A stretch of 63,990 nt of DNA, filler included, from Dehalococcoidia bacterium (GCA_041494685.1; 3 parts of 3 records of this genome joined end to end with filler, not necessarily neighbours in it); one strand, 5' to 3'; positions 8,535 through 18,964 are shown, counted from the whole stretch's first letter. The notes: generated from the sequence alone by a model not told the origin. A program made the numbers and translations.

Positions 8535-10198
8535 CGTTTCCGCTGCTCGCGCTGGGCGCCTTCGGGATCACGGCGATGGCGCTGGTGCTGGCGCGATACG
8601 CGCGGCAGGAGTTCGCCGCGGCTGTCGCGGGATCGGGCGCGATCCTGCTGCTGCACGGGCGGCTCTACTATCACTACACGAGCGACGACGCCTACATCTC
8701 GTTCCGCTACGCCCGCAACTTCGCCGACGGCCTCGGGTTGGTGTGGAACCGGGGCGAACACGTCGAAGGTTACACGAACTTCCTCTGGGTGCTGATCCTC
8801 GCGGGGCTCGACAAAGCGGGCGCCGACATGGTGATGAGCGCGCGCTGGCTCGGCTTCGGGCTGGCCGTGCTCGCTGCCGCGGGCACGTATCTGCTGGCGC
8901 GCGACCTGCTGGAGGGCGCCGCCGGGCGGATGGCGGGCGTCGTGGCGGCGCTGCTGCTCGCGGCGTCCGGGACGTGGGCGCTGTGGGCGTTCGCGGGACT
9001 GGAGGCGCCGTTGTTCGCGGTGTTGACGCTGGCCGCGGTGCTGTCGCACCTGCGCGAGCGCGACGGGCGCTGGCCGCCGCTCTCCGGCGTGGCGTGGGGG
9101 CTCGTGGCGATGACGCGGCCGGACGGCGGATTGCTGGTGGCGGTGTCGGGCCTCTTCAAGCTCGCGGATGTCCTCTTCATCGGCGCGGGAGACCAGCGCC
9201 CCGTGTGGCGCCGGTTCGCCAGCATGCTCGTGTGGGTGGCGGCGTTCGCGGCCACGTTCGTCCCGTACTTCGTCTGGCGGTACGACACGTACGGCTGGCT
9301 CTTCCCCAACACCTACTACGCCAAGGTGGGCGCCGGGCTCGACCAGTACGAGCGCGGGTTGTCGTACCTGATGAGCTTCTCGGAGGAGTACGCGGCGTGG
9401 CTCCTCCTTATCGTGCCGGTGACCCTCGCGTTCTCGCGCGAGCGCCGGTACGCGCGGTTCTACGTCCTGTCGCTGGTGGCCGCCTGGATCGGCGACATCG
9501 TCTACGTCGGCGGCGACTCGCTGCTGCGCTTCCGCCTGTTCGCGCCGGTGCTGCCGCTGTTCTACCCGCTGGTGGTGGCCAGCATCGCGGCCCTGCTCGG
9601 CGCCGTGCAGATCGAGGCGCCGGCGCGGCGCTGGCTGCGCGACGGTGCGCTGGCGCTGGCGGCGGTGGCGCTGGTCGCGTTCACCCTCGAACCCACGGCC
9701 AACGGCTTCGGGGTGGACGCCCGCAAGGGAGAAACGAAGGCGCTGGGCGAGCGGGTGGAGATCGGGCGGTGGATGCGCGGCAACCTCCCCGGTACCACCG
9801 TCATCGCCGTCACCGCCGCCGGCGTCATGCCGTACGAGTCGCACCTGGTCTCTATCGACATGCTGGGCCTCAACGACGAGCACATCGCTCACCGCGATTT
9901 GAGCCTCGGCCAGTTCCCGGCCGGGCACGAGAAGTACGATACGGACTACGTGCTGGACCGGCAGCCGGATATCATCGTGCTGTACGATGGGCTGACCGCC
10001 GAGCCGTGGCACGTGAGCCAGTACGCGCAGATCGTGCACGGGCTCATCCCCGCGGACATCGACATGGTCAAGAGCACGCGGTTGCCCGAGGAATACGACT
10101 ATCGCTGTGTCCAGATCTCGGAGGGGAAGTGGCTGAATCTACTGGTCCGGCGCGGAAGCGCCGCGGTGGAGGCGCAGACGCAGGCCGCGGCGCCGTAG
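8531..10198 (+). CDS. Polytopic membrane GT-C-fold glycosyltransferase (AftB/PMT-like)
   Basis: [39 protein letters not shown] and DMLGLND motifs. Many TM segments. ATGA overlap with the HAD gene. Confidence 0.75.
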   Translation: MTFPLLALGAFGITAMALVLARYARQEFAAAVAGSGAILLLHGRLYYHYTSDDAYISFRYARNFADGLGLVWNRGEHVEGYTNFLWVLILAGLDKAGADMVMSARWLGFGLAVLAAAGTYLLARDLLEGAAGRMAGVVAALLLAASGTWALWAFAGLEAPLFAVLTLAAVLSHLRERDGRWPPLSGVAWGLVAMTRPDGGLLVAVSGLFKLADVLFIGAGDQRPVWRRFASMLVWVAAFAATFVPYFVWRYDTYGWLFPNTYYAKVGAGLDQYERGLSYLMSFSEEYAAWLLLIVPVTLAFSRERRYARFYVLSLVAAWIGDIVYVGGDSLLRFRLFAPVLPLFYPLVVASIAALLGAVQIEAPARRWLRDGALALAAVALVAFTLEPTANGFGVDARKGETKALGERVEIGRWMRGNLPGTTVIAVTAAGVMPYESHLVSIDMLGLNDEHIAHRDLSLGQFPAGHEKYDTDYVLDRQPDIIVLYDGLTAEPWHVSQYAQIVHGLIPADIDMVKSTRLPEEYDYRCVQISEGKWLNLLVRRGSAAVEAQTQAAAP

Positions 10199-11589
10199 AC
10201 GCCTCCGGCAAGCTCTGGGGCGGCCGCTTCGCGGAGCCCACCGCGCGGATCGTCGAGGCCTACACCGGCTCGACACACGTCGACGCGCGCATGCTGTCCC
10301 AGGACGTCACGGCGTCGATCGCGCACGCCCGCATGCTCGGCAAGCAGCGGATCATCGCCAGGCGCGACGCGGATCAGATCGTGCGCGGGCTGACCGAGAT
10401 CCTGGCGGAGTGGCGCCGTGGTGAATTCACGCTGCGCGAGGATCTCGAAGACGTCCATATGAACGTGGAGGCGCGACTGGCCGAGAAGATCGGCCCGGTC
10501 GCCGGCCGGCTGCACACGGCGCGCTCGCGCAACGACCAGGTCGCCACCGACTTTCGCATGTACGTGCGCGAGGCGTGCGTCGTCGCGATGGAGCGGCTGA
10601 CGTGGCTGCAGAACGCGCTGCTGGAGCTCGCCGAAGCGAACAAGAGCGTCGTGGTACCGGGGTACACGCACCTGCAGCGCGCGCAGCCGGTGCTGTTCGC
10701 GCACCACATCCTGGCGTACGTGTCGATGTTCCGCCGCGACTTCGCGCGCTTCATGCTGGTGTACGAAGCGGCCGACGTGCTCCCGCTCGGCAGCGGCGCG
10801 CTCGCCGGCGCCGCGTACGACATCGACCGCGCGTACGTGGCGGAGCAGTTGGAGTTCGCGCGCATCTCCGACAACAGCATCGACGCGGTGTCCGACCGCG
10901 ACTTCGCCGTCGAGTACATGAGCGCCGCGGCGCTGGCGATGGTGCATGTCTCGCGGCTGGCGGAAGAGCTCGTGCTCTGGTCCAGCGCCGAGTTCGGCTT
11001 CATCCGCCTGCCCGACGCCTTCGCCACCGGTTCCAGCATCATGCCGCAGAAGAAGAATCCGGACGTGGCGGAGCTCGCGCGCGGCCGCGCGGCGCCCGTC
11101 ATCGGCGGGCTGATGGCGATGCTGACGCTGTTGAAGGGGCTGCCGCTCGCCTACAACCGCGACCTGCAGGAGGACAAGCCGCTGCTCTTCGACGCCGAGC
11201 GCGTCCTGCTGACGACCCTGGAGGTGCTGGCGGAGATGCTGCCGCGCATCGAGGTGGACGCGAAGCGCGGCCGTGCGGCCGCGGTGGCGAACTACTCGCT
11301 CGCCACGGACCTTGCCGACTACCTCGTGCGGAAGGGCTTGCCGTTCCGCGATGCGCACGCGGCCGTCGGCAAGCTCGTGCGCTACGCCGAGGGCAAGGGC
11401 GCCGAACTGAACCGCCTGACCCTGGAGGAGTACCGCGAATTCTCGCCGCTGTTCGGCGCGGACGTGCTGAAGATCGATGTCATGTCGTCGCTCCGGTCGC
11501 GGGACGTGCCGGGCGGCACCGCGCCGCGCAGGGTGGCCGCGGCGCTGCGGGCGCACCGCCGGCGCATCGACAAGATCATGAAAGGCTGA
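10129..11589 (+). CDS. argH: Argininosuccinate lyase
   Basis: [28 protein letters not shown] and [13 protein letters not shown] motifs. Start inferred at GTG 10129 after GGAGG. Confidence 0.93.
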   Translation: MAESTGPARKRRGGGADAGRGAVDASGKLWGGRFAEPTARIVEAYTGSTHVDARMLSQDVTASIAHARMLGKQRIIARRDADQIVRGLTEILAEWRRGEFTLREDLEDVHMNVEARLAEKIGPVAGRLHTARSRNDQVATDFRMYVREACVVAMERLTWLQNALLELAEANKSVVVPGYTHLQRAQPVLFAHHILAYVSMFRRDFARFMLVYEAADVLPLGSGALAGAAYDIDRAYVAEQLEFARISDNSIDAVSDRDFAVEYMSAAALAMVHVSRLAEELVLWSSAEFGFIRLPDAFATGSSIMPQKKNPDVAELARGRAAPVIGGLMAMLTLLKGLPLAYNRDLQEDKPLLFDAERVLLTTLEVLAEMLPRIEVDAKRGRAAAVANYSLATDLADYLVRKGLPFRDAHAAVGKLVRYAEGKGAELNRLTLEEYREFSPLFGADVLKIDVMSSLRSRDVPGGTAPRRVAAALRAHRRRIDKIMKG

Positions 11590-11590
11590 C

Positions 11591-12265
11591 GTGATGAGCG
11601 GCATCAAGCTCGCGCCCTCCATCCTCACTGCCGACATCGGCGTCCTGGCGGAGCAGATCCGCGCCGCCGAAGCGGGCGGCGCAGACTACATCCACCTGGA
11701 CGTGATGGACGGCCAGTTCGTGCCGCCGATCACCTTCGGCCCGCTCGTGGTCGAGGCGGTGCGGCGCGTCACGAAGCTGCCGCTCGACATCCACCTGATG
11801 ATCGAGCGGCCCGAGCAGCAGTTCGAGGCGTTCATCGACGCCGGCGCCGACATCATCAACTTCCACGTCGAGGCATCGGCGCACGCCGACCGTCTGCTGC
11901 GCAGCATCCACACGAAGCAGAAACGCGCCGGCATCTGCATCAACCCCGCCACGCCAATCTCGGCGATCGAGGAAGTGCTGGACGTGGTGGACCAGGTGAT
12001 GGTCATGATGATCAACCCCGGCTGGGGCGGCCAGAAGCTGCTGCCGTCAACGATCGAGAAGGTGCGCCGCCTGCGCGCCGCGCTCGATGCGCGCGGCCTC
12101 AAGCCGGACATCGAGCTGGATGGCGGCGTCAAGGTGAACAACGTCGCCGCGTGCATCCAGGCGGGCGCGAACGTGCTGGTCTGCGGTTCCTCCGTCTACA
12201 ACGCCGACGCGTCGCCGCAGGTCAACCTGCGTGCGCTCCGCGAGGCCGCCGAGGTCATCGCGTAG
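11591..12265 (+). CDS. rpe: Ribulose-phosphate 3-epimerase
   Basis: APSIL.AD, IHLDVMDGQFVP, DIHLMI and IELDGGV motifs. Confidence 0.96.
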   Translation: MMSGIKLAPSILTADIGVLAEQIRAAEAGGADYIHLDVMDGQFVPPITFGPLVVEAVRRVTKLPLDIHLMIERPEQQFEAFIDAGADIINFHVEASAHADRLLRSIHTKQKRAGICINPATPISAIEEVLDVVDQVMVMMINPGWGGQKLLPSTIEKVRRLRAALDARGLKPDIELDGGVKVNNVAACIQAGANVLVCGSSVYNADASPQVNLRALREAAEVIA

Positions 12266-13469
12266 CCAGCGCCTGGTCTAGGTCAGCTTCCGACGTCAGC
12301 GCGCGCGCATGTATGACGAAGTCGCGCAGCGACGCGCTCTGCTTCCGCAGCGCGTCGAGCTTCGGGCCGATCGGGTCGATCGATCCGGCGCTGTCCGCGT
12401 ACGAGCCGTAGAACGCGAAGTACGCCTGGTTGAGGCGGCGGATGTAGTAGCCGTTCGCCGCCAGGAACTGTCGCTTCTCCTCCATCGCCTGCTCCGCCTC
12501 CGCGATCTTCCCGTCCTTCAGCAGTGCTTCGACCTGCATGCGCAGGCCGCGCATCTCCTTCGTGAAGTCGAAGAGTGGCGGCGCGGCGAGGTGGCCGCCG
12601 GACGACGCGGAGGCGGGCGCCTGCGGCAGCGGATACTCCGCGACCAGCATGTCGCCCAGCTCACGCCCGGCCATGTTCGCGACGGTCTCGTTGAGCGTCG
12701 TCAGCTTGCCGCTGGCGAAGTAGCGACGGCCGAGGGGCGTGAAATACAGATAGTGGTGCGTCCACTCGTGCGCGATGTCCTGCATGATGAAGTGGTAGTC
12801 CGCATCCTCCGGGATGATCGCCGGATACATCGCGATGCCGCCGATCTCCACCACCAGCGCGGACGTTGCGCCGTCCCGCTCCGCGTCCGCCTCGATGCGC
12901 TGCACGCGGTCGATCGGCAGGTCGCCCTGCAGCAGCGACTCGGACTCCTTGCGGATCTCGCTGCGCGGCGACTTCACGAGCACGGATGGAGGGTTCTCGA
13001 ACTCGATGTTCACGGGCGGCCAGACCACCTGCGCGCCGAAGTCGCGCGTCAGCCCCTCCTGCTTGATCACGCGCGTCAGCCGCCCCTCCAGGATCACCTC
13101 CACCTCGTTCTCGATCTCCGCGCGCGCCGAGCGCAACTCGGCCGAGCGCGCGCGCGCGTCGGCGGCCGTCGCGGCGTCGCTGGCGGGGTCACCGGCCGTG
13201 TGTTCGGCCGCGGCGATCTGCTTGTTGAGCGCGAAGTAGCGCGCCACCTCGGCGTCCTCCTGCGCGGCCGACGGCCGGCCCCAGACGGGCCGCGCCCCGA
13301 GCATCGCGAACTTCACCCAGGCATGGCGGACGACGAAGCCCGGCGAGTTGAAGTCGTTCGGGCCGTCCGGCAGCGGCATCAGCAGCGCGGCCGGCACAGA
13401 CCACCCCAGCGCGAACGCCAGCAGGAACGCGAAGACCGCGTGCGGCACGAAGCTGCGTGCGGATGCCAT
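12255..13469 (-). CDS. Exported/membrane-anchored HEXXH zinc metalloprotease-like hypothetical protein
   Basis: N-terminal hydrophobic segment. IAHEWTHH followed by LNETVAN (gluzincin-like third ligand). Confidence 0.65.
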   Translation of the reverse strand: MASARSFVPHAVFAFLLAFALGWSVPAALLMPLPDGPNDFNSPGFVVRHAWVKFAMLGARPVWGRPSAAQEDAEVARYFALNKQIAAAEHTAGDPASDAATAADARARSAELRSARAEIENEVEVILEGRLTRVIKQEGLTRDFGAQVVWPPVNIEFENPPSVLVKSPRSEIRKESESLLQGDLPIDRVQRIEADAERDGATSALVVEIGGIAMYPAIIPEDADYHFIMQDIAHEWTHHYLYFTPLGRRYFASGKLTTLNETVANMAGRELGDMLVAEYPLPQAPASASSGGHLAAPPLFDFTKEMRGLRMQVEALLKDGKIAEAEQAMEEKRQFLAANGYYIRRLNQAYFAFYGSYADSAGSIDPIGPKLDALRKQSASLRDFVIHARALTSEADLDQALATR

Positions 13470-13527
13470 GCGCACAGGCTATCGCACGCGGGCTGAAAGC
13501 CCGCGCCACGCAGGATCCGCGCCGACC

Positions 13528-13872
13528 CTACCCCTCGGCGCCGAGCTGCCGCCCGCCGAGCAGGTGCATGTGCAGATGGGGCACCGTCATGCCCGCGTCC
13601 TCGCCCACGTTGAACGCGATGCGGTAGCCGCGCTTCTCGATGCCGTTGGCGGCGGCAAGTTCGCGCGCCACGGCCAGCATCCGCGCCAGCACCGGGCCGT
13701 GCGCGTCGCCCACGTGCCGCGCGTCGGCGATGTGCTCCTTCGGGATGATCAGCAGGTGTACGGGCGCGCGCGGGTTGATGTCGCGGATGGCGAACACCAG
13801 GTCGTCGTCGTGCAGCCGCGGCACCGGGACATCGCCCACGACCATCTTGCAGAACAGGCACTCGCCGCTCAT
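13528..13872 (-). CDS. Histidine triad (HIT/HinT) nucleotide-binding protein
   Basis: CLFCK, DINPRAPVHLLIIP and HLHMHLLGG motifs. Confidence 0.95.
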   Translation of the reverse strand: MSGECLFCKMVVGDVPVPRLHDDDLVFAIRDINPRAPVHLLIIPKEHIADARHVGDAHGPVLARMLAVARELAAANGIEKRGYRIAFNVGEDAGMTVPHLHMHLLGGRQLGAEG

Positions 13873-14579
13873 CGCTTCACCTCGCCGTGTATCAACTGTT
13901 GGTCATGGGTGTGCTTGCGCGCGGCGGTGCCAACCCGTATCTGTTCCGCGCCAAGCTCCCTCAAAACGGTCCAGGCCGGAGCACCTGCCACACCAAGAAT
14001 TGATCGCCGCCGCTTGAGCCGCCGGGGCTTCCCTATCCAGTGAAACATACTCGCGTCGATTCCCACGATGAACCGATGTGTCATCGTGCCGACTAGCACC
14101 TCGTCAGCATGGAACATGATTAGGCACGCGTAGGTGTCCGGCGGCGACAGAGTTCGGATGCCCGATGAATCGTTCACCCAAGCCCCCACATCATCAAAGA
14201 GAGCGATTGCGGCATGTAGCCCGTAAGGGGAGGCTGGAAGGGGGAAATTGGCGGCGTGTCGCCCGTTGGTGTCGTGGAGCGCGAGATCGATCTCACACGA
14301 CGCCCCGGTAGACATGCCTACGACGTGCCTCTGCACAATCGCGAAGTCGTCAATGCCTTGCCTCTTGATGTTGAAGTAGCTGAATGGCCGGCGACTGAGG
14401 GGATCGTTGTAGACATCGAGAACTAACTGAACCTCAGATATCTGTTCAACCGTCCCGAACTCGAACCGAATTCTCGGCTTCTTGAATGGCGCAAGAACGA
14501 CTCCCCACATCATCTGCAGCGCTGTGGCAAGGGTGACGACGAGTCCGACCGCGCCAGCAACGGGGAACACAACCCACAT
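13869..14579 (-). CDS. Hypothetical protein with N-terminal TM segment and atypical (lower) GC
   Basis: 236-aa ORF. TAGACT 6 nt before the ATG (leaderless-type start). Stop overlaps the HIT start codon. Confidence 0.55.
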   Translation of the reverse strand: MWVVFPVAGAVGLVVTLATALQMMWGVVLAPFKKPRIRFEFGTVEQISEVQLVLDVYNDPLSRRPFSYFNIKRQGIDDFAIVQRHVVGMSTGASCEIDLALHDTNGRHAANFPLPASPYGLHAAIALFDDVGAWVNDSSGIRTLSPPDTYACLIMFHADEVLVGTMTHRFIVGIDASMFHWIGKPRRLKRRRSILGVAGAPAWTVLRELGAEQIRVGTAARKHTHDQQLIHGEVKR

Positions 14580-14627
14580 GGCGGAAGTCTACTCAATCTG
14601 CCGCAGGAAATACGCAGCCGCCTAGAG

Positions 14628-15608
14628 CTACCCGCCGGGGCCGCCGTGGCGCAGCCGGTCGTACGTCGCCTGGATGCGGGCGGCGTCGTCGAAGCTCTCG
14701 CCGCAGACCGTCAGGTAGTCGACCGGGAAGCCGTAGTCGAAGACCGTCGCCGTCATCGCGTCGAACGACGCGCCGGTAGCCGACTGGCAGCCGTCGTCTT
14801 CGACTTCGAGGATGATGTGCGTCTGGTCGGCGTGCGCGCGGAGGATCGCCTGCGATTCGGGCGACTGGTACGGCGAGTTCGCCTGCAGGTAGAAGCCGTG
14901 CTCCACCGCGTACTCCGACACCGTCTCGGCGATGTTGTAGCCGATGAAGTTCTCCATCAGTACCAGGTGCGTCGTGGGGAAGGCGCGCCGCCACATGTCG
15001 ATCCACTGCTGCGTCGTCGCGATCTGGACCGTGGGCGACCAGCCGGGTGGGCGCTGGCTCTCCGGGAAGCCCCACACCATTTCGCCGAACCCGCCCATGC
15101 CGGCGTTCGTCTGGATGAACTCGATGTTCGGGTCGCCGTCGTAGCGCTGGCCCATCGCTACGACGAACTCGGCGAACTTCTGCGTGAAGACCGGATCCGT
15201 CGGCACCGGCTGGCGCGGCGAGTCGCCCTCGTCGGATTGATACGCCGCGGCGCCCTCATCGAACACCCAGTCCGGCGTCGCCTGTCCGAACGTGCCGACG
15301 TTCGTGTACACGCGCGGCGCAAGCTTCTTGCCGCTGTCGTGCGCGACGCGCAGCAGGTTGTCGAACTCCGCCCAGTCGTAGACGCCGTCCTGCGGCTCAA
15401 GGTCCGCCCAGTTGAAGAGGCGGTTCACCCCGAGCGCCTGCGGTTCGTTCCACGCGCGGCTCTCCGCGTAGCCGCTGAACTGCAGCAAGCCGCTGCCGGC
15501 CGGCGTGATGCGCACGCACTGTCGCGCGCCGAGCAGCGCCAGCGGCAGCAGCAGCGCGACGACGAAGCGTCGCGGCCATCGGCGCGGCGTGCGCGCGGGG
15601 TTCGGCAT
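14628..15608 (-). CDS. Secreted/anchored GH-A clan glycoside hydrolase (GH42/DUF4832-like)
   Basis: FNWADLEPQDGVYDW, FVVAMGQRYDGDP and GGFGEM motifs. N-terminal signal/TM. Start uncertain (15608 or 15641). Confidence 0.65.
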   Translation of the reverse strand: MPNPARTPRRWPRRFVVALLLPLALLGARQCVRITPAGSGLLQFSGYAESRAWNEPQALGVNRLFNWADLEPQDGVYDWAEFDNLLRVAHDSGKKLAPRVYTNVGTFGQATPDWVFDEGAAAYQSDEGDSPRQPVPTDPVFTQKFAEFVVAMGQRYDGDPNIEFIQTNAGMGGFGEMVWGFPESQRPPGWSPTVQIATTQQWIDMWRRAFPTTHLVLMENFIGYNIAETVSEYAVEHGFYLQANSPYQSPESQAILRAHADQTHIILEVEDDGCQSATGASFDAMTATVFDYGFPVDYLTVCGESFDDAARIQATYDRLRHGGPGG

Positions 15609-15770
15609 CTGTATGAGACGTGCCAATACGTGATCCTTCACGCTACGGCCGATGGACTGCGGGGTAGTCTGGATTATGAGGCAATGCCGCGGCTATGGGC
15701 ATTCCCCCTATGCCCAAATTCCAAAAAATCTTCAGCCCAGAGTGGATTCGAATGGAACAAACGTCCGGAT

Positions 15771-15893
15771 CTGGTTGCTGGTCGCTGGGGCGATGGGCGC
15801 TGGTCGGTAGGCGCGCGGCGCCCGTCCCCGCCGCAGTAGGCTGCATCCTGCCACCAACTACTCACCACAAACTACTAACTCGCCCCAACTACC
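15771..15893. repeat. Degenerate inverted heptamer arrays overlapping the RidA stop codon
   Basis: ctggttg-ctggtcg-ctggggc... faces ccaccaa-ctactca-ccacaaa-ctactaa. Confidence 0.6.
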
Positions 15894-16267
15894 GCCTCCG
15901 CCTCCATCTCGATCAGCATCGCCGCGTCGATCAGCCGCGAGACCTCCACCATCGTCGTAACGGGGCGGATGTCGCCGAAGACGGCGCCGTGGGCGCGGCC
16001 GGCCTCCTCCCATCGGCTGATGTCGGTGACGAACATCCGCGTGCGCACGACGTCGCGCAGCGATGCGCCGGCCTGCAGTAGCGCCGCCTCGATGTTGCGC
16101 AGGCACTGCGCCGTCTGCGCGCCCAGGTCGCCCGGTCCGACGATCGCCCCGTCCGGCCCCGTCGCCGTTGTGCCCGCCACGAAGATCTGCGCCCCCACGC
16201 GCACCGCCCGCGAGTAGCCGATGATCGGCTCCCACGTCCCCCCGCTGCTGATGTTTTGCCGCTGCAT
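15875..16267 (-). CDS. RidA/YjgF family protein
   Basis: [23 protein letters not shown] and IEMEAEA motifs. Start at ATG 16267. Confidence 0.92.
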   Translation of the reverse strand: MQRQNISSGGTWEPIIGYSRAVRVGAQIFVAGTTATGPDGAIVGPGDLGAQTAQCLRNIEAALLQAGASLRDVVRTRMFVTDISRWEEAGRAHGAVFGDIRPVTTMVEVSRLIDAAMLIEMEAEAVVGAS

Positions 16268-16629
16268 GTAACGCGCCCTCCATCCGAATTCCGCCGCCCG
16301 CGCGGGCTGCCCGACACGGCATACTATCCGCCCGCGCCGCGCAGAGCCGCCGCGCCATCGCACGATGACATCATCCGCTTGGAGTTCGCGCCGCCGCGGC
16401 GTAGGCTGGCGGCGCTGCTACGCACGCGCGCCGCGGCACGCCCGAACAGCGAAGAGAACGCCGGACTGATTGAGTGCAATCACATCCAATCAATAGCAAT
16501 CAGACAGGAGCACGCAGTCAGCCCGAAACACGGCGTCTATGAATCTGGCGGCGGCCAGATCGCCCGGAAAAGGAAGAAAATGCGAAATGCAATCGAACAA
16601 TCAGAGGGGGGTGGAGCCGACTGGAACGC

Positions 16630-18069
16630 CTAGTCCAGGCCGGCGCGGAAGCCGTGGTAGTCGGTGGCCCGCTTCAGTGCCCGCGCCGCCCGCTCGAACG
16701 ACGCGAACACGGCGAGCCCGCGCTCCTGGATGCGCTTGCGCGCCGCCGCCACGACGTCCTCGACGTGCTGCGGCTGCAGCACCGCCACGAACGGCTTGCT
16801 CGACTCGTCGCGGTGCGCCGCCAGCGTGTCCAGCATCCCGTCCAGGCTGGCCGGGTTCGCCTGCCACGCCCGCGCCAGGAACCCGGACGCCATCTCCATC
16901 GCGATCGCGTCCACGTTCGGGTCCGCGTCCAGGATCGAGAACAGCTTCCGCAGCGTGCCCGCGGATCCGCCGAATCCAATCGTACCGCCCATGTCGAGCG
17001 GATTCTGGTAGCTGCCGCCAACGATGTTGAAGAACGAGCCAAGCTCCGCGTACGAGGCGTCGGAGAGCCGCGGCACCTCCATCCCCGCGTTCACGAAGGC
17101 GTCGGTGATGACGACGGACTGGCCGCCGGTCATCGCCATCAGCCCCATGCCGCGGCCGGTCGCGGGCTTCGCGTACAGCAGCGCCTTCACCACGTCGATC
17201 GCGTCCTCGAGGCTGTCGGCCGCCAGCGCGCCGCACTGGCGGACGATCGCGCTAAAGACGGCGTTCGACGTCGCGAGCGCGCCGGTGTGCGAGGCGGTGG
17301 CGCGCGCGCCGGCCTCGGTGACGCCGCCCTTCCAGACGACGACCGGCTTGAGCCAGGCGGCGCGCTTGAGCGAGCGGATGAAGCGCGGCCCGTCCTTCAC
17401 GCCCTCGATGTACATGGCGATGACCTTCGTCTCGGGGTCGTCCGCCAGGTAGTCGAGGTAGTCGGGCACGTCGAGGACGATCGCGTTGCCGATGCTGATC
17501 GAGGTGCTGACGCGCACGCCGTGCACCTCGCCGACGAGGCCGAAGTTGATGGCGTGCGTGCCGCTCTGCGAGATGAAACCGACGTCGCCCGCCTCGCCCG
17601 CGCCCTGGTCGCCGCTCTGCCGTATGCCCAGGCGGCGGTTGTACAGGCCCATGCAGTTGGGGCCGATCAGCGTCAGGTTGCCGTCGCGGGCGATCTGCAG
17701 CACCTGCTCCTGCAGGCGGATGCCCTCCGCCTCGCCCGTCTCGGCGAAGCCGGAGGTGAACAGCGCCACGCCGCCGACGCCGCGCTTCGCGCAGTCGGCC
17801 AGCACGCGCGGCGCGACCGGCCGCGGCACCGCCAGCATCACGTAGTCGATCTCACCGGGCACGTCCATGAGCGACGTGAAGTTCTGCACGCCCATCGCCT
17901 CGATGCCGGGAATCTCGTTGGGGTCGATCTGCACCGAGTACACGGGGCCGCCGGTGAAGGTGCCGTAGTTGCGCAGCCACATGTAGCCGTCGGCCTTCTT
18001 CGAGCCGACGACGACGACGGACTTGGGCGCAAGCGCCCGGTGCAGGTCGCGGGACGGGGGATTCGTCAT
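16630..18069 (-). CDS. ADP-forming acyl-CoA synthetase, alpha (CoA-binding) subunit
   Basis: SGFAE, IGPNCMG, ISQSG, ASHTGALA (phospho-His) and NPLD motifs. Confidence 0.9.
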   Translation of the reverse strand: MTNPPSRDLHRALAPKSVVVVGSKKADGYMWLRNYGTFTGGPVYSVQIDPNEIPGIEAMGVQNFTSLMDVPGEIDYVMLAVPRPVAPRVLADCAKRGVGGVALFTSGFAETGEAEGIRLQEQVLQIARDGNLTLIGPNCMGLYNRRLGIRQSGDQGAGEAGDVGFISQSGTHAINFGLVGEVHGVRVSTSISIGNAIVLDVPDYLDYLADDPETKVIAMYIEGVKDGPRFIRSLKRAAWLKPVVVWKGGVTEAGARATASHTGALATSNAVFSAIVRQCGALAADSLEDAIDVVKALLYAKPATGRGMGLMAMTGGQSVVITDAFVNAGMEVPRLSDASYAELGSFFNIVGGSYQNPLDMGGTIGFGGSAGTLRKLFSILDADPNVDAIAMEMASGFLARAWQANPASLDGMLDTLAAHRDESSKPFVAVLQPQHVEDVVAAARKRIQERGLAVFASFERAARALKRATDYHGFRAGLD

Positions 18070-18085
18070 GGCGGGCTCTGCCTCG

Positions 18086-18781
18086 CTAGCCGAGCACGAT
18101 GCGCGCGTCCACGGCGAGCGCGCCGTCCTTGTACGCGAAGACGGGGTTGAGGTCGAGCTCCGAGACCTCCGGGTGCTGCTCGACGAACTCCGAGACCTTG
18201 AGCAGCAGCTTCTCCAGCCCGGCGACGTCGGCCGGCTCCTGGCCGCGATAGCCTTCGAGCAGCGGGTAGCCCTTGATCTCGTGCACCATCTGCCGCGCGT
18301 CGCGGGCGTCCAGCGGCACGACGCGGAAGGAGACGTCCTTCAGCACTTCGACGAGCACGCCGCCGAGGCCGAACATCAGCACCGGCCCGAATTGCGGGTC
18401 CTTCGTCATGCCGACGATCACCTCGACGCCCTGCTTCTCCATCCGCTGCACCGCGACGCCGTCGATCGTGGCGTCCGGTGCGTGCTGCTTCGCCGAAGCG
18501 ACCACGCGCTCGAACGCGGCACCGACCTCATCCGGGGAGTTGAGGTTGAGCGCCACGCCGCCGACGTCGGACTTGTGGGTGATCTGCGGCGACACGATCT
18601 TCAGCACGATCGGGAAGCCGAGCTCGGCGGCCGTCTTCACGGCTTCGCCGCGGTTGCGCGCCAGGCGGGCAGGGGAGACCGGGACGCCGGCCTCCTCGAG
18701 CACCTGTTTGGCCTCGATCTCGGTGAGGAGGGAGCGGCCCTCGTTGCGGGCGCTCTCGATGATCGCAGATGTCGACGACAT
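18086..18781 (-). CDS. ADP-forming acyl-CoA synthetase, beta (ATP-grasp) subunit
   Basis: GFPIVLKIVSP.ITHKSDVGGV, DPQFGPVLMFGLGG and ELDLNP motifs. Confidence 0.9.
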   Translation of the reverse strand: MSSTSAIIESARNEGRSLLTEIEAKQVLEEAGVPVSPARLARNRGEAVKTAAELGFPIVLKIVSPQITHKSDVGGVALNLNSPDEVGAAFERVVASAKQHAPDATIDGVAVQRMEKQGVEVIVGMTKDPQFGPVLMFGLGGVLVEVLKDVSFRVVPLDARDARQMVHEIKGYPLLEGYRGQEPADVAGLEKLLLKVSEFVEQHPEVSELDLNPVFAYKDGALAVDARIVLG

Positions 18782-18964
18782 AATGTTCTCCCTGGATAGC
18801 GTGCGAGCGTCTTCATGCTACGGGACGCTGGTCGTTGCGGGAAGGCGGGGGCGGGAGGCAGAAGATCGGATGGGCGGGGGTGTTCGTAGCGGTGCGTCCG
18901 TGTAGGATCGCTGTTCTGGGTCGGATCGTTGTAGCTCGGATGCGCCTGCGACGGGAGGTGCGGC

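Noticed and set aside
8743..10128. 948-aa ArgH with a huge N-terminal extension
   Set aside because: The extension is an off-frame shadow of the glycosyltransferase in GC-rich DNA. It is Arg/Gly-rich with no motifs.
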